This document shows, one piece after another, positions 28,414 to 44,366 of a stretch of DNA of 64,000 bases. Where the stretch lies: assembly GCF_009914755.1 (NCBI RefSeq), contig NC_060926.1; one strand, given 5' to 3'. The stretch comes from the human T2T-CHM13v2.0 reference genome, Homo sapiens. Under the pieces are notes generated by a model. That model saw only the letters and a list, made by a program, of their open reading frames with translations, ran no database searches and was not told the DNA's origin. The translations under genes and the position numbers were made by a program. Numbering within the stretch: the stretch's first letter is position 1; each line of letters opens with the position of its first letter.

Positions 28414-29842
28414 TTAAAGGTAAGAACTGTTGATTTACTGTTTGAAGGGGAGATCTTTCTCCACAGGAAGTCTGGGCTTGTTCTTCAATATAAAAGATTT
28501 TTTTCCTGTGGAAAGATTTCTCACGATTTTACAGATTTGAATATAGATTTGTCACTGGCGCAAACCGATGAGTGTAGTTAACTTATAATTTAGGCATGAG
28601 TCCTGTCACATTGATAGGTGCAATATAAAGGGATTCAACAATAAAATAACAGCACATAGAATAAACTGGACAGTTTCTGAAAACCACCATCTGAGCAGCT
28701 CTGCATACAGAGCTAATTGAAGAAGGGAGTTCCAACGCATCAAGTGAAGACTTATATTTTAATTTGTGCAAATGCATATAGAAACCATGAAATTAATCTG
28801 TTCTGCATTGGGTGGTACCCAAATCCATAAATTCTAAGTAATACATGGCTAATATTTCTTTAAATTATACACACACAACAGTTGGATGACAGGTGTTCTG
28901 CTTACTGACTAGTTTTGGAAATATTTCGTCTTCCATTTAAAGTAATAATTATGGACTTTTCTCAAGACACAAACTTTCCTACAAGGAAGAAAGACATATT
29001 TGTTCTGGTCCTAAAAACACCCCCATGTGCAGGCAAGGCAAACAGCAGAGTGCTGGTTAACACGGACATCCAATCTTACTGCACTGCTGTCCTCAGTTTC
29101 CTTGATGCACATTGATTAGGGTTCTAGAAACCCACACATTTTACACTGGAATGGTGCTCGTGAGTACACTTAATGAAATCTTGAAAAGCAGTTTAGAAAC
29201 ACACCCCATTCATGTTTCTATCTGTTACTTGCGTATTTTCAATGTGGAGCACTCAGGAGGTTGATAAGGAAACTGGCTAAAAAGATGTGATTCAGAATCT
29301 AAAATGAGAAAGGAAAAAGTAAAGGTTTTGCCAAGAAATCATGTGTCTACAATTGCTTGTCTGTCCTAGGCAGGGTTTGGACTATTCTTCCTCACTGACA
29401 CCATCCCCCTACCACACCCATTTCAAACTTCAGAATACAGGGGACCGAATCCCATTACTGCCTTAAAGGAATTGAGCCCCAGAAAGTTTGCAGGTATAAA
29501 GATTTGGTCCAAGTGTCCTCCTTCTGCAAGCCTAATTATTTTAACAGACATCCCTTTAACATCTATTATTTGTAAAGCTTTGGGCTATACCTGAGGCTTG
29601 AAAAATAGGCACCATGTGGTTGTGTAGTTAGGTCCTTGACCACTGCTGGTTCACAAACCTAATTTAAAGCCTGTTTTTAGAAATGAAAGAAGTTATCTGA
29701 TTTGAATCATTTAAGAGATATTAGCAAGATGCAATGTGAAAGATCAAAAATGTGGATTTAAAAGGTCATACTTAGAGAATAGAAATCATAGCTTCCTAAG
29801 GGACTTTGGAAATGCAGTAGCCTCTCATTAAAAACATCTAGG

Positions 29843-30137
<295 letters not shown>

Positions 30138-30503
30138 ATCTTGGGATATCAAAGATTCAGGTGCACTGTGGATCCAACTTTGCCCCTGAGGATACCATCT
30201 TTATATGGTGATTGCCTCCAACTAACACAGGGCCATTAATCTTGCCTCCCAACTCCACTGTTTTAAAGGTGGTTCCTAAGGAGCACAGTACTTTAAAGAA
30301 GCAGTATGTCTAATTGACATCAACACCCTGGAATGGCATTTTCAGCTCCACGTCTAACATTCTGCATTATCATAAAAACTTGCTTAATTTCTCACTGTCT
30401 CAGTTTTCCAATGGATAAACTGAATATATTAATAACCACTTTTTCTCTCCAGTGTCTGTAAAGCCAGTTGTAAACTCTTTTAGCAAGACTCCTTAATAAA
30501 TCA

Positions 30504-30862
<359 letters not shown>

Positions 30863-31790
30863 AACACATGATCCATTTATCAGGTAATAGTAATAATAGC
30901 TTAATATTAATCCTTTAATAAGGTAAGCAGTAAACTAGGTGCTTTTAAAGCACCTATTATCTAATTTAATCCTCACAATTGTTGTTGTTAAAAGTAGGTT
31001 AATTACTATCAACTTTTAACATATGAGGAACATGACATTCTTAAGTTACTTTCCTAACACCATGCAACTAATTGCAGTGTAGACTGAATCCAAACCCAAG
31101 CCTATAGGACTCAAATGATAGAGTTATTTCTACTATACAATTATTATTAAGAGATTCTAATAAAATTATAGTTTACAAAACACTTCCATAAAATTTCTGA
31201 AGGATAAAATTACTGGTTTATCTATCTGGCTTAACCATGTAAAATCAACAATTGAAAATAATAAAGTTGGTAGTATAATTGGCACAGCAGCTAAGGCCAT
31301 ATAGTCAGTATTTACAAAACACAAAAAAAATTGTTAAAGCTGACTAAGCTTATCAAAGAAGTCAATTCATTAAGGCAAATTAGACAGTTCCATTAAAAAA
31401 GTCAAATTTTATGCTTTTTGTTTTAAATGTTGCAAATCAAAAACAGAAGTTTAATTTTTCATTTCATTTCTATATGGATAGAGAGAGAATACACTCACAA
31501 TCAGAGATCAGATCTTTTGTTTTTCTTAAAGGTAGTGTTGTAATGTAATGTGGGGGAGGGGCAAAGGTCTGAGGACTATTTTTAGCATTTCAAAGACTAT
31601 AACATATCAGATATGTCTCACAGATAAGGCAGTACAGTCTAACTAAATAATCATATTCCTAAGCTTTTTGCCAGAATTGCTTCAACTCAATGTAATAGTA
31701 CCAATGATCTCATCCTGATTAGAAAGACTGATCGAGAGAGCTGCATGTGTCTTTGATTAATAAAAGTGTTTTTAAAAATATAATGATTGC

Positions 31791-32155
31791 TGTATTAGTC
31801 TGTTTTCACACTGCTGATAAAGACATACCTAAGACTGGGCAATTTATAAAAGAAAGAGGTTTATTAGACTTATAGCTTCACATGGCTGGGGAGGCCTCAC
31901 TGTCATGTGGAAGACAAGGGGGAGCGTGTCACATCTTACATGGATAGCAGCAGGCAAAGAGAGGCCTTGTGCAGAGAAACTCCCGTTTTTAAAACCATCA
32001 GGTCTTGTGAGACCCATTCACTATCATGAGAACAGCACAGGAAAGACCTGCCCCCATAATTCAATCATCTCCCTCCAGGCCCCTCCCATAACATGTGGGA
32101 ATTATGGGAGCTACAAGATGAGATTTCAGTGGGGACACAGAGCCAAACCATATCA
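31791..32155 (-). mobile_element. THE1 (THE1B-like) solo LTR
   Basis: TGTATTAGTCTGTTTTCACACTGCTGATAAAGACATACC...GGGGACACAGAGCCAAACCATATCA; 5-bp TSD ATTGC/ATTGT. Confidence 0.95.
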
Positions 32156-34719
32156 ATTGTTTAATGTCATAAATGTATCTGTGCCAGGATGTTTATGCTT
32201 ATTGCAGTATTGCTCTTATGGTACAAAAGCAGGAAGAAAAGAAACTAAATGCTCATCAATAAAGGAATAACTATGTAAATTATAGTTAATTCATACAAGA
32301 GAATACCATACAACTATTAAAAGGACAGGACGGATGTACTTCGAGATGTCTAACAAACAGGCCACAGAACAACATGTACTACATGGATACTGCGTGTTTT
32401 ATGCACACAGTAGGATAAGATAATATGGATACAGACACGTATGTACATGAATGAAGACATTCATTTCTGCTATGTAACTTTTAAGTACACCAATAGAAAA
32501 AGAAATGGAAACAGAAAAAGTGAAATGATAATGGCAGTTACTGCCAGGAAGGAGAAGAGATGGGGACAGGTAAATAGGGTCTTTTACTTTTTCTCTAAAC
32601 TTTTCTGTGGTTTGAATTTAGACAATGAGCATTGATTGTTTTGCAACTTTTAAAATTCCTTAATAAGTGTAAAGGAGATTTTGTCTACCAAACTTTTTCA
32701 AACGTGGACTCAATATGGAAACAAAAAGAAAACTGGTCCTTGATGATGGCCTCGGTAACCTGCTTGTGTAGATACAACCTTCCAGTGTACATAGAAAACA
32801 CACACATCCTCTCTACCTGGGAGTAATCAGCTCTTGAAGACTTTATAAGGAGAGCTCTGTTTCTCATTGCCAGAATTCTGCACCACGCAATGACTCTCTT
32901 CTGCAGTCTTGAAAATACTGCAAGCTGGTAGCAACACAGTGTAAACAACTTGGAGGACCAACATGAAGACGCTTCAGAACCCTGGCACCTTCCTGAGACT
33001 TGGAAGGAGTCCTGCTCCTAATTGGAAACAGGCCGTGCCTGGAAGGGAAGCTGCTGTGTAAGTCTACCCCGTGAGGAACTGAACCAGCCATGCCATTCCC
33101 ACTAAAGGAACACGGACCAGGGCCTGCTCCGTCAGCTGTGGCACCAAGCAGCTTGTTGTCTGTCCAGCTCCACTCTCTGGCACAGCAGCCCAGCCCATAG
33201 TATGAACAGAGAAACCCATAATCTATGATTTGGTGTGTGCCGGGAGTACCCAAAAAGCTCTACTAAACATTGACGGTCTCCTAAAAGATGAAACCTGGTC
33301 TTGATAAGGCCTTGTAAAAATACACTTCGTGGGATATTCCAACATGACTATTTCAGACTGAGTTCAATGTAAGGCTCAACTGCATATTCAGTATCAGGAG
33401 TGAAGAGAGAGGCTTGGAAGAGCCTATTCTCTCACCTGCTGCACACTCAATCCAAGTCTTTTATTCCAAGTCTTAGTTTCATGGAATAACCTGACCAGCC
33501 ACGTATTTTTATGTGCTCTTTCAGCCTAAGCTTTGCCAAGAACTAGACAAGCACAGATCTATGCCAGTGTCAAAGCAGTCAGTGGGAGGGGTAAAAACAC
33601 ATCAAGTAAAGGACATGGACAAGGGGAAATTGAGGCAAAATGCCTTGGCAGTTTTGCTGAGCTCTTCCTTCCCTTCTGGTGAGGTTGCTATGGGATAAGA
33701 TGTGCCTTGGGTCTATCTTTCCCTTCTCTGATAAAGCAGAGATGTTGAGACCAAAAGAGGTAGGTATTGGAGGGAGCAGGTGAGTGTCTGTGTGTGTGTT
33801 GGTTGCCGGGGGTGGTTAAAGAAGCCAAACATGCCAAGATCAACCCAACCCTATGTGATGAGAGCAGGAAAAGATACCAGGTAAGGGGATGTCTTCTGGG
33901 TGACAGGGAGAAAACTGAGAAACAAAATGACACAAGAAAGAAACTAATAAGGAGGGACTGAACATCTCAAAAGGCACAAACAAACGGACATACCTGTTTC
34001 TTCTTTGCTCTCAGATAGTGGGGTCTTTTCAGCATCTTAAATTTTATATACAATGAAAGAGCCTTTTGAAAAGCTTTGATCAAAAATGGAAGGCACGAAT
34101 TTAAGCAGCCTTTGCTTTTTCTTTGGAAAGCACTAAGCTGAGATCATGAATAGCCAGCATCTGTCCACTGAGAGCAGGTGCTTTCGCGTTGGATGGTGGG
34201 GAGTGGTGGAGCAGAGAACAGGCTTCTGGGTGCTCCGTGGAAGCATCCATCCCCGGTGGCTTTTTCCTCCCTGGCTCTGACACCTGAGGCTCTGAACATC
34301 AGACTTGGTTGCCCCCACCAAATGTAGCTTACAGCAGCACGTGCTCCCCATAAGGATCCATCCTCGTTTACTGTCACCTGTCACCTACCTAGAGTTCAGA
34401 GTTGATCACCCTCTCACTGAACCCAAAGCCCACTCTCATCCATGCCTGGGATCCCCTTTCTGCTCACCTAGGGTTTCACTACCAGGGACTCTGTAGCTGG
34501 CTTCCAAAGCATAGCTCTCACTCTGAATGTGTCTGAAAACTCACGTAATACAATCAAGTGTCCTGAAAAAAAAAAAACATGCATATCATCTTGAGTCAGA
34601 AAACATAGGTTTAGTTCTACCACTTACAGATTATCATCACACTGAAAGACAAGTTTGGTGTCAACAGAGGGTTTGTCTTGAACACTTCCACATCCTGGAT
34701 GCCTAGAGACGTGCTACCT

Positions 34720-35191
34720 AAAACTGTGACCAATGTGCAGCTGTACTCAACACTTGAATAGTGGCTCCTCTCAGTTGGGGTGTGCTGTAACCTTTGAAAC
34801 TGGATTCCAAACATGTAGAAAGAAAAGAATCTGATAGATCTCATTGATAATTTTTATCTTGACAACTTGTTGAAATCATATTTTCAATATACCAGAAAAA
34901 ATAAAATATTGTTTAAATTAATTTTACCTGTTTCTCTTTCTTTTTAAAATACGGCCACTAGAAAATTTAAAACAACCGAGGATGGTGACACACTCCTATA
35001 GTTCCAGCAACTTGGGAGGCTGAGGCAGGAGGCCAGGAGTTTGAGGCAATAGCGTGCTATGCTCACACTGTAAATAGCCACTGCCCTCCAGCCAAGGCAA
35101 TATAGGGACACCCTGTCTCTAAGATAAATTAAATTAATTAAAAATTTAAAATCATTTATGTGCCTGCATGCTATTTCTATTGGGCAGTGTT
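34720..35191 (-). mobile_element. MER33/MER3-type hAT element interrupted by a FAM
   Basis: AATTAATTTTACCTGTTTCT...GGCCACTAGAAAATTTAAAA...TATTTCTATTGGGCAGTG. Confidence 0.7.
34975..35140 (+). mobile_element. FAM (fossil Alu monomer, 7SL-derived)
   Basis: GGGAGGCTGAGGCAGGAGG...GTAAATAGCCACTGCCCTCCAGCC...ACCCTGTCTCT; TSD AAAATTTAAAA. Confidence 0.75.
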
Positions 35192-36275
35192 AGCCTAGAC
35201 TTTTGCCAGGTACACTATCGGAGACCAATACTTATTACATGAATAAATGTATACACACAATATAAATACTGTAGCTGCTTGGACCCAGTGTTTAAACTTG
35301 CTAAATCTCTTTGTATTTTTACTCTTGGATATGAGAATAAAAATATTGATCCCACCAGATTTGTTGTGAGGACTAATTGAGATAATGCTGCCCAAAGGTT
35401 AAAATATTACCCAATGATAGGTTATTTTTATATTTTTATTTAAAGCTTGTTGAATGCTTAAAGAATGAGAATACAGTGTAATTGAATAGTTCCCTAATTA
35501 TTGACATTCTTATCATCAGAACATGTAAGCATTGAGTACAACTACTTTAAAAAGAGACAAGATTAATACTCTAAAACCACATTCATTATTCATCTCATAC
35601 ACTCAGAAAGCAGACTTCAGCAGAAAATAAAAGATATGCCAAAATTACAGTGGAATAGATTTATTTGACAGCTTAGTGAAAATGTAAATACACAATTGTT
35701 TTGCATTTTAGATTTAGGCCTTGGTAGGCTGTTTCTCATTTGGGGTAATTAACCGTTTGGTTTACTAAAGTATATTTTACATTTTCCAAGTAGGAAAATG
35801 GCTTCAAATAGAATAATAAGGTGGGATAGTGAATGAAAAAATTGTCAAATTAGGAAGATGCAAACCAACATAAGAAAATCACGGTGTTTCTGACTTACGC
35901 ATCCCTGAACATCTGCCGGCAGTAACCATATTCTCAACTCTAATACAATTGAAATATACAACTTAAAGGGGAAAGCAGAACAAAAATCCTGGGTTTCTTC
36001 CTTATCACAGATCAGGTTACTCAACTATTAGTGCTTACGCTGGTTAAAAATTCACCTACTTTGAAATGCAGTGACTATCATATAAATTTAAGGGGAAAGT
36101 GGCTATTGATGTTTTATGCTCCAAATTTAATCAAATGAAATGCATTCTTAAGCACTGACACATTCATGCTTTCTTAAAATGTGCCTTTTCATAGGAAGTC
36201 TGGGTTTTGTTGTCGAGATAGAAATCTTCATTCTTTTTCCACTCTCAGTCTTTACATATTTATAATATACTAAAG

Positions 36276-36495
36276 CAGTGGTTCTCCACCCGGGCTGATT
36301 TTGTGCCCCAGAGGACATTTGGCAATGTCTGGAGACATTTTTTGTTGTTGTTGTCACATGGAGGAAGGGATCTATAGAGTCCTGTGGGTAGAGGCTAGGG
36401 ATGCTACTAAACATTCTGCAAGGTACAGGACAGCCCCCAATAACAAAGAATTATTCATCCCAAAAGGTCAATACTACCACTTTTGAGAAACACTT
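36276..36495 (+). mobile_element. MER20 DNA transposon
   Basis: CAGTGGTTCTC...GGACATTTGGCAATGTCTGGAGACATTTTT...GGGATGCTACTAAACATTCTGCAAGGTACAGGACAGCCCCC. Confidence 0.9.
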
Positions 36496-36974
36496 TCCTA
36501 AAATAAATGCCTATAAAATGTTTCAGGAGGGTTTTTTTTAAGTGCTTTGTGCTATACACAGCAGATGGAAGAAAGTTGGACATACACTTAATGACCTAAG
36601 ATGTCCATAAATGTATGATTACAGGGATAGGGCAGCATAAATATTTCCCTTGCAGTGAATAAGATAGCTCATTATAGAAAAACTTAGGGATAAGCCATGA
36701 AATCAGTCTCTAAGAATTGATCAGGGGAAAGAACAATGCTGGCCACCTGCTTAATATAACTGAAACAAAGTTTATACCAATAAAGCACTCCTTGGCACAC
36801 TTTATCCAACATTTATCAACTCATTGAGCCCCTGGTATCTAAGAGGGCTGACTAGAAATTTTGGAGGATGTAAAAGTAGGAAATTCCATTGTTACCCACC
36901 AGCAAACTTACTATAGACTTAAGATAGCCCTTCAAAAAATATCTCTGGAATTAAAATCTAGGAGGCATTACACC

Positions 36975-37200
36975 ACAGAAAATAAGAATCCCAGCTTTGG
37001 AATCATCAAAAGACAAACCTAGATTTGAATTAAGGCCTGCCCTGGGAAGAGTCTCTTAATTTGAGTCTCAGATTTCTCATCTGTAAAATGGGGATGAAAA
37101 TACCCACTCAGTGGGGTACTTGTGAAGATTATGTGCGATGGTGTATGTAAATTGTCTAGCAAGGTGCTTACGCCACAGCAGTTACTCAATAAATGCCAAT
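36975..37200 (+). mobile_element. MIR
   Basis: GAGTCTCAGATTTCTCATCTGTAAAATGGGGATG...CTCAATAAATG core. Confidence 0.75.
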
Positions 37201-38019
37201 TGCCTTGCTTCTTAAAGTCCCTAATGGTGTTTTCTTCTTTACACCTAAGTAATCATGGTGAGGTGAAATGAAATGGAAGACGTTTTGGGAGATATTATGG
37301 AAACGTCAACTTTTTAAGAAAAAGCTAACTCAAAGCAAGTGAACAAACAAACCCTTAACTCCAAAGGACTACTATGAAATAAAAAAGTGATAGAAATATT
37401 TGGAAACCTGGTTACAATACTGCTTACAAATGTTAGAAGAAGCCGAAGTCTGTTAATGATGGAATATTCCCAGTTGAAAAGTACACTACTCAAGAACACA
37501 GTATGACTTATACTATTCCAATAAAATAAGACAGGACCTAAAATTTGAAAAAGAACTTGATATCTATACCTAAATAGAAATCAAGAGCTGTTTGTGAATG
37601 TCCTCAGATCAAAATTCATTTATAAAAATCTTAATTTTTTGTATTGCACATATTTAAAAATTTTCCACAGAAATCCTATTGATTTCTTTGGTGCTGTCAT
37701 CAACAACAAATGTCTGTAGTTCTCAATATTTTTCAAGTATTTTCATATCTCTATTTTAAGTTTTTGTCACCATTCTATAAGATAAATAGAGCAGGTCTTA
37801 ATATTCCTATTTTGTTGAGGAGCATATGGAGACTGTGAGATTAAGTAATTTGGGGCACTTTCCCACAAATTCATGGCAAAATTGGCTCTAAGTCCCTAAC
37901 ACTCTCTCCAGTCTTCCTTCCATATAATAGCTCTTTCTTGTCATATACGTAGTTCTATTTAACAAGTAATTTTGAGCATTTAGTCAAGAAAGATAAGTAA
38001 CCCACAGCCTGCCTCAAAC

Positions 38020-38940
38020 ACCTACAACCCAGTATTGCACATAATTATAACATGGGAGTGTTACATGATATAAAAAGTGTAAAAAAATGCTCTGTGAATG
38101 GAAAGAAAGGGGAGACATCTCAGGCAGGCAGGAAAGTAGAAGGTAGTATTCCAAGTAGACGCTGATGTGTAAATGGTATTTTGACAGAAGATACAGAGAA
38201 GAGGGATCTGCAGGAGAAAAAGAGAACAGAATACTTGGTGGCACTTGCAGGAATCAGAGAGGAAGAATTTGGCTGGAGTACGGGGTGCCATATATCCATT
38301 GGAAGTGGGAGATTAATTTGGAAAGTTAAATTGATGCCACATTGTAGAAGCAAGTGCATGCTTGGGTGAGGAGTGTGTATTTAATTCTGTAAATACTGTG
38401 GAAACTTCATAGAATGAGGGAGATCAGTTTGGATTTCTACAACACCTCCCAGTGGGACAGCCCTGCCTCTGTCTCCCATTGAGTTCTGAGTACAGCTCTT
38501 TATATACTGGTCATGCATGCCAGTTTCTAAGATACTCAAGAATAAAGGTTGTATCTTAATTATCTTTAAATTTCTGTGGCAAAATTACTCTGCAAATCAC
38601 ACGCTAAGCACCCCACAAAGGCTTTCAGAAAAAAACAAGTAAATATGAATGAATGAATGAATGAATGAATGACCAAGCTAAAGAAGTGAGCATGGAAAGG
38701 AAGGGAATAAATATATAAAATAATGTGGAAAGAAACCAGCACTGATTGGTCCACATCGACTCAATAGGAAGCAGTGGAAATGAAAAGAGTAGACATGACT
38801 TTGAGCCCTGGTTTTGGGGCAACTGAGAGAATGGTGGATACCAAAAACAGGGAAGTTAGAAGATAAAGCTGATTTAGGGAAGGAGATGATGAAGGTAGAG
38901 AGAACATCAACAGAGAGTTTCATACAGTTAGTTGAGAATC
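38020..38940 (-). mobile_element. L2 fragments, interrupted
   Basis: Degenerate purine-rich L2-like segments and a (TGAA)n run; boundaries approximate. Confidence 0.4.
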
Positions 38941-39363
38941 CCCACCTGCGTATCTGTATTTTGGTGTAAATGTAACCTGGATTGAATGCTTTAGCAAGGT
39001 GTGTTGAATATTCTCTCAGTGAAGGAAATGTGTGGTCATTTTAAAATTGTACTTTGGTAAAAGCCGGAGGTTTTAAAAATCTTGATAATTAACTACCTGT
39101 GAAAATAGTGGCACCTTGAGAAGAACACTAGAGGTCAGGAAGACAGCTCAGAAAATGAGCATAATTCATGTTTGCACAATCCCAGCACAACACTTAAACA
39201 GTGCAGAGACTGGCAGAAGGAACCTGCCCTTAAATAGCCGTGCTGTATGCAATGAGTGCCATACAAGAGGCATAACCACACGGTAGTCAGCACAGCACCT
39301 GAAACACACTCAGAGACATTTTTGAGTGCTTGAATGAATGAGGGAATAAATTAGTATATGGGT

Positions 39364-39709
<346 letters not shown>

Positions 39710-40689
39710 TTATCTGTTTTGTCTATTTGATGTATTCCATATTAATCATATTTCTTAAAATATGTCTAGACAATTGAGATGGGTATAGGAGAAGTGTTCC
39801 TTCCCAAGTATTTTGAGATATCTTACATTAATATGACAGAATTGAGCAACCTCCTTTTCCTCTTAAAGAACTAGGTAACAGGCGAACTTGGCAAAAACAA
39901 AGTAAAGAATGGGTAGGTAATTTCTTACACAACATCACTGTACCTAGAGCAAACAAGCCCCACAACCATCACATGTACACACACACACACATTTAAACAA
40001 AAGTCAAGTGCTTTGAGTCCAAGGTTGCTAAGCAGAAGGCAGAGCCAAGGCTGAAGCCAACACAAGAAACCATGGCAGTCCTTAATGAGGAGTAGCAAAG
40101 CAGAGAGAAAGGATGTGATGCTAGAGGAATTCCCAAGCCACTGGGGGCACCCATCACAATTGCTAATGGGGCTCCTAGCCACTTGGATGGGCCTACCAGG
40201 TACATGCAAATGAACCAAAGGAGAATAAATAGAATTTTCCTGATACAAAGTAAGACATTCGTAGAGGACATTACAGGCAAATGCATAGCGTTTTCATCTT
40301 TGTAAAAGACCATCTGCAGTTTTACACCAAAATTTCTTTTCTTAATTTGTCTTCTATTATAGAAACATGTACTTAGAGATTTTTGAACTTTTCATCATAT
40401 AATACACTCCAACATGCTTTCATGATGATGCATTGGTTTAAAAAGGTTCCAGTAAGAGTCAAAACAATCAAAACATATAGAATGCAATTTAGCATTAACG
40501 TTTCTGATTTTGTAGAAATTTTAATTTCATTGGATGAGGTGCATATAAATGGTGCTTCTATAATTAAGGATTCAAATAACAGAACATATACTTGTAAGTT
40601 CGTATATTATTATATATATATAACTAGGATCTCAACTCAATTTTCCTTGAATTGTATACCATTAGACATGAAATATAGCTCTATTGCAT

Positions 40690-40815
40690 TCTGTTTTTAT
40701 TTTTTAATTTTTATGAATACATAGTAGGTATATATATATACATATATTTCTGAGGTACATGAGACATTTTGATATAGGCATTCAATGTGTAATAATCACA
40801 TCAGAGTAATTGGGG
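40690..40815 (-). mobile_element. L1MA-like 3' terminal fragment
   Basis: ACATAGTAGGTATATAT...GGTACATGAGACATTTTGATATAGGCAT...AATAATCACATCAG. Confidence 0.75.
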
Positions 40816-41841
40816 TGGGGGGTATCCTCTGCAGCATTCTTGCCTGATGGCCAATCTTATTATGGTTAAGAAGCTGACACTTCAACTGCCTAGCAGATAT
40901 ACAGCCTCAACAGAAACTATGAAGCAAGAAAACTAAGGAAGACATGAGCTGTTTAATGTTAAGATGATATTTTCACATTACAGGAAATTTGTGTATGTCA
41001 TTTGGGCTTTATGAATACAGATATTGAAGAAGTGTAGGAACAAGGGGAGGAGACAAAAAGGTACATTATGGAGGAATATTTAAAAATGGGAATTGGGGAT
41101 TTTTAAAAAGTACTTTGGACTTCAGATGATAATGATCTAATACTAAAATGTCCACCCTGGCAATAACATTTGGAGCAAGCTCTATTGCAACCAGTTTGAA
41201 GGAAATGATCGAATTAGAATTTCATTAAATCAGAATATCTAGAAGTCAATGATTTCTAATCTGGAAATTAAAATCTAATCTAATCTGGATATAAAATCTA
41301 GAGTCAGAAAATTAATCTAACCAGATACTCCTGGGGCTTCTGTTCTTCTTTTTATTGTGAAAGAGAAGACAGCTGATCCCTAAGCTCCATTCCATGAGTC
41401 CACAGTGCTGCCCATGTCAACCACAGGGGGAAATGTCTGCCCTACGGCTAAGTGGTTGTCTGACCTAAAGAAAGGTCTTTTGTTCCATGAAAGAGGCGGC
41501 TTATCCTCACCATTTGATTTCTTAACATTTAGAATGTTCATTACGGGTCTAATCAAGGATGCACTAGCTGTCATAACATCTTAATTGCTGTAGATAATCA
41601 TCAAGAGCTTAAAGGCACGGATGTGCATGCGAAACATTTGCTGGGGTCCTGGTTCCCAGGCAAGAACAAGGCCACAGCTGTCTCACTGGAGTTTAAGTTT
41701 TATATTTAAGGGAATATGCTATTACCAAATCAGATCTGATGAATTAACTTTCATAATAAAAGTTGTCCTTTTGTAGTAACACAGAGCAAATGCTTAATCA
41801 AACCAAATGCTGGAGACAGAGAGAATCTTACTCAAATTAAA

Positions 41842-41890
<49 letters not shown>
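41842..41890. repeat. (GT)n microsatellite
   Basis: Direct reading. Confidence 0.97.
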
Positions 41891-41891
<1 letters not shown>

Positions 41892-41989
41892 TGGAGGGAG
41901 GGAGGGGTGGAGAGGGGCAAATGTGTTTATGCCTTTATGGTATAAGATGAGGAAAAAAAACTTTTCAAGACAAATCATTACTTTTACTA

Positions 41990-43245
41990 TCTTTCTCGTT
42001 ATTACTGGTTTTCAGCAATTTCATTGATATGTGCTTTTTCTTCATGTTTCTTGTGCTTGGAATTTGTTGATCTTTTTATATCTGTGAATTTATAGTTTTC
42101 ATTACACTTGAAAACTTTCCAGCCATTGTTTCTTCAAATAAAATTGCTTGCCGCTCTCATCCAGTATCTTTTCACATGGGCACTGCAATTAGATATACGT
42201 TTATCCATTTGAAATTGTCCCAAAGTTCTGCCTTTCTTTTTTTGTCTTATTTCTTTCTGCATTTCATTGTAAATCATTTCTATTGCTATGTTTTCAATTC
42301 ATTAATTTATTTTTCCTCTAAAGTTAATTTATGGTTAATCCCATCTAGTATATTTTTCATCTCAGACACTGTGGTTTTTATCTCTAGTCATTTGATTTGG
42401 GTTATTTGTATTTTTTCCACTTCTCTACATGTTCAATATTTCTTCCATTTTCTTGAACATCTGGAATACAATAATAATATCTGTTTTAATGTCCTTATTT
42501 AATAATTCCATCATTGGTGTCATTTCTGAGTCAGCTTTTATTGATTGATTCTTTCCTCTTCATTACTGTATTTGCCTGCTTTTTTGCATGCCTGATAATT
42601 TTTTACTGGATGCCAGAAATTTTAGACTTGACCTTGCATGTTGGATATTTTTAATTCCTATAAATATTATTGACTTTCATTCTGTTGAACTACTTGAAAA
42701 TGGTTTATGTCTTTCAAATCTTGCTTTTAAGTTTAGTGAGGCAGAATCAGAGCAGGTTTATTGTAGCTTTTACTCTCTCTGGTACTGAGGCAAGACCCTT
42801 CTTGGTTCTCCAACTGATAGTCCATTAATTATAATAAAACTTTCCACACTGGCTATTGGGAACAGCCATTATTCCTGGTCTTGTGTGACCTTCGGGCACT
42901 GTTCCCTCTATCCTGTTGCGTGGTTCTTTCCCCAGCCTGGAGTAATTTCCTCATATATATGTGCCGATTACTGCTCAACTGAATATTCAGGGAGACATTC
43001 TGCAGACTTCTGGTGTTCTCTCTCCGTACAGCTCTCTGCTTTTTGGTATTTCACCTTGCTGACTCTAGCTGCCTTGTCTTGCCCAGACTGTCTCCTCAAC
43101 TCAAAAACCGTGTGCATCTTTCTGTGTTCCCTTCTTTGTGCTGTAGTCACAAAACTTCCTTTTAAGTATGATCACTTCATTTTCCAGTTTTTTTATTGTT
43201 ACAGGTGGGAGAATAAACTCCACCCCATCTTGACTGGAAGTAGAA
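41990..43245 (-). mobile_element. Old L1M 5'/ORF1-region relic
   Basis: TTTTCAGCAATTT...TTCATGTTTCTTGTGCTTGG...CAGCCATTGTTTCTTCAAATA pattern; T-rich strand typical of antisense L1M. Confidence 0.6.
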
Positions 43246-44062
43246 GTCCTCAAGTCCAATCACTACTAACACTACTGATAATTTATACAGCAACAGATAT
43301 CAAGGCATAATACAAAATTTGGGGGTGACATTTATAAGAAAAAAGAGAAATAAAAATAAACTTTTAAAGCCTACTGAAAAACTTAAATCTCCCAAGAGAA
43401 ATTTCATTATCAAAAACTGACAACACTTTATGGTTAAAAAAAAAATCTTCTTATGTGAGTTAACAAATCTCTCTATTGTTTGAGCTATTTTGACTTGGTT
43501 CCATATGTTACGTGAAGCTGAGAGCATTCCTACTAATATGCTAAGTGGTGAACTGGTGTTTTTCATGCATTCTTTACCTTTCATCAAGAATTCTATGAGA
43601 CAGATATTATTGCCATTTTTCAGAAAGGACATACAGCTTTAAAAAAGGTCAGTAACTTGTACAAGTTCATGAAATTAGAAGTACTGGTTTTAGGATTCAA
43701 ACTCATTATGTTGGACTACAGAGCCCAGACATGTCCATATGATAAACCATGTAATAGAATCTTTTTCAAATGATGACTCTGTCATCATGGGATCATTGAA
43801 AGTTATTTTATTGCCTCCATTTTATCTGTGGCTTCAGTGAGAATCAATGTATTTTTCTTTTCTCTCCAGTCCTCAGACAGAGTCCTTCAAGGCAAAATTC
43901 CTGCCTCCTGGTACTCAGCAATGTGTTTTATCATAAACATTACCTAAACACTAAGGTGGGACACACGTTTCCTACTCTGAGGGAGTGCTTTCTAACAATA
44001 AGATGATCACAAAGAAATGAAGGGACTGTCTTAGGAAGTAATTTCCTGTCACAGACGTTTTT

Positions 44063-44366
<304 letters not shown>

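Noticed and set aside
31905-32270. 121-aa ORF
   Set aside because: Lies mostly within the THE1 LTR
42176-43310. 108-aa and 141-aa hydrophobic ORFs
   Set aside because: T-rich antisense strand of an old L1M relic; composition artefact
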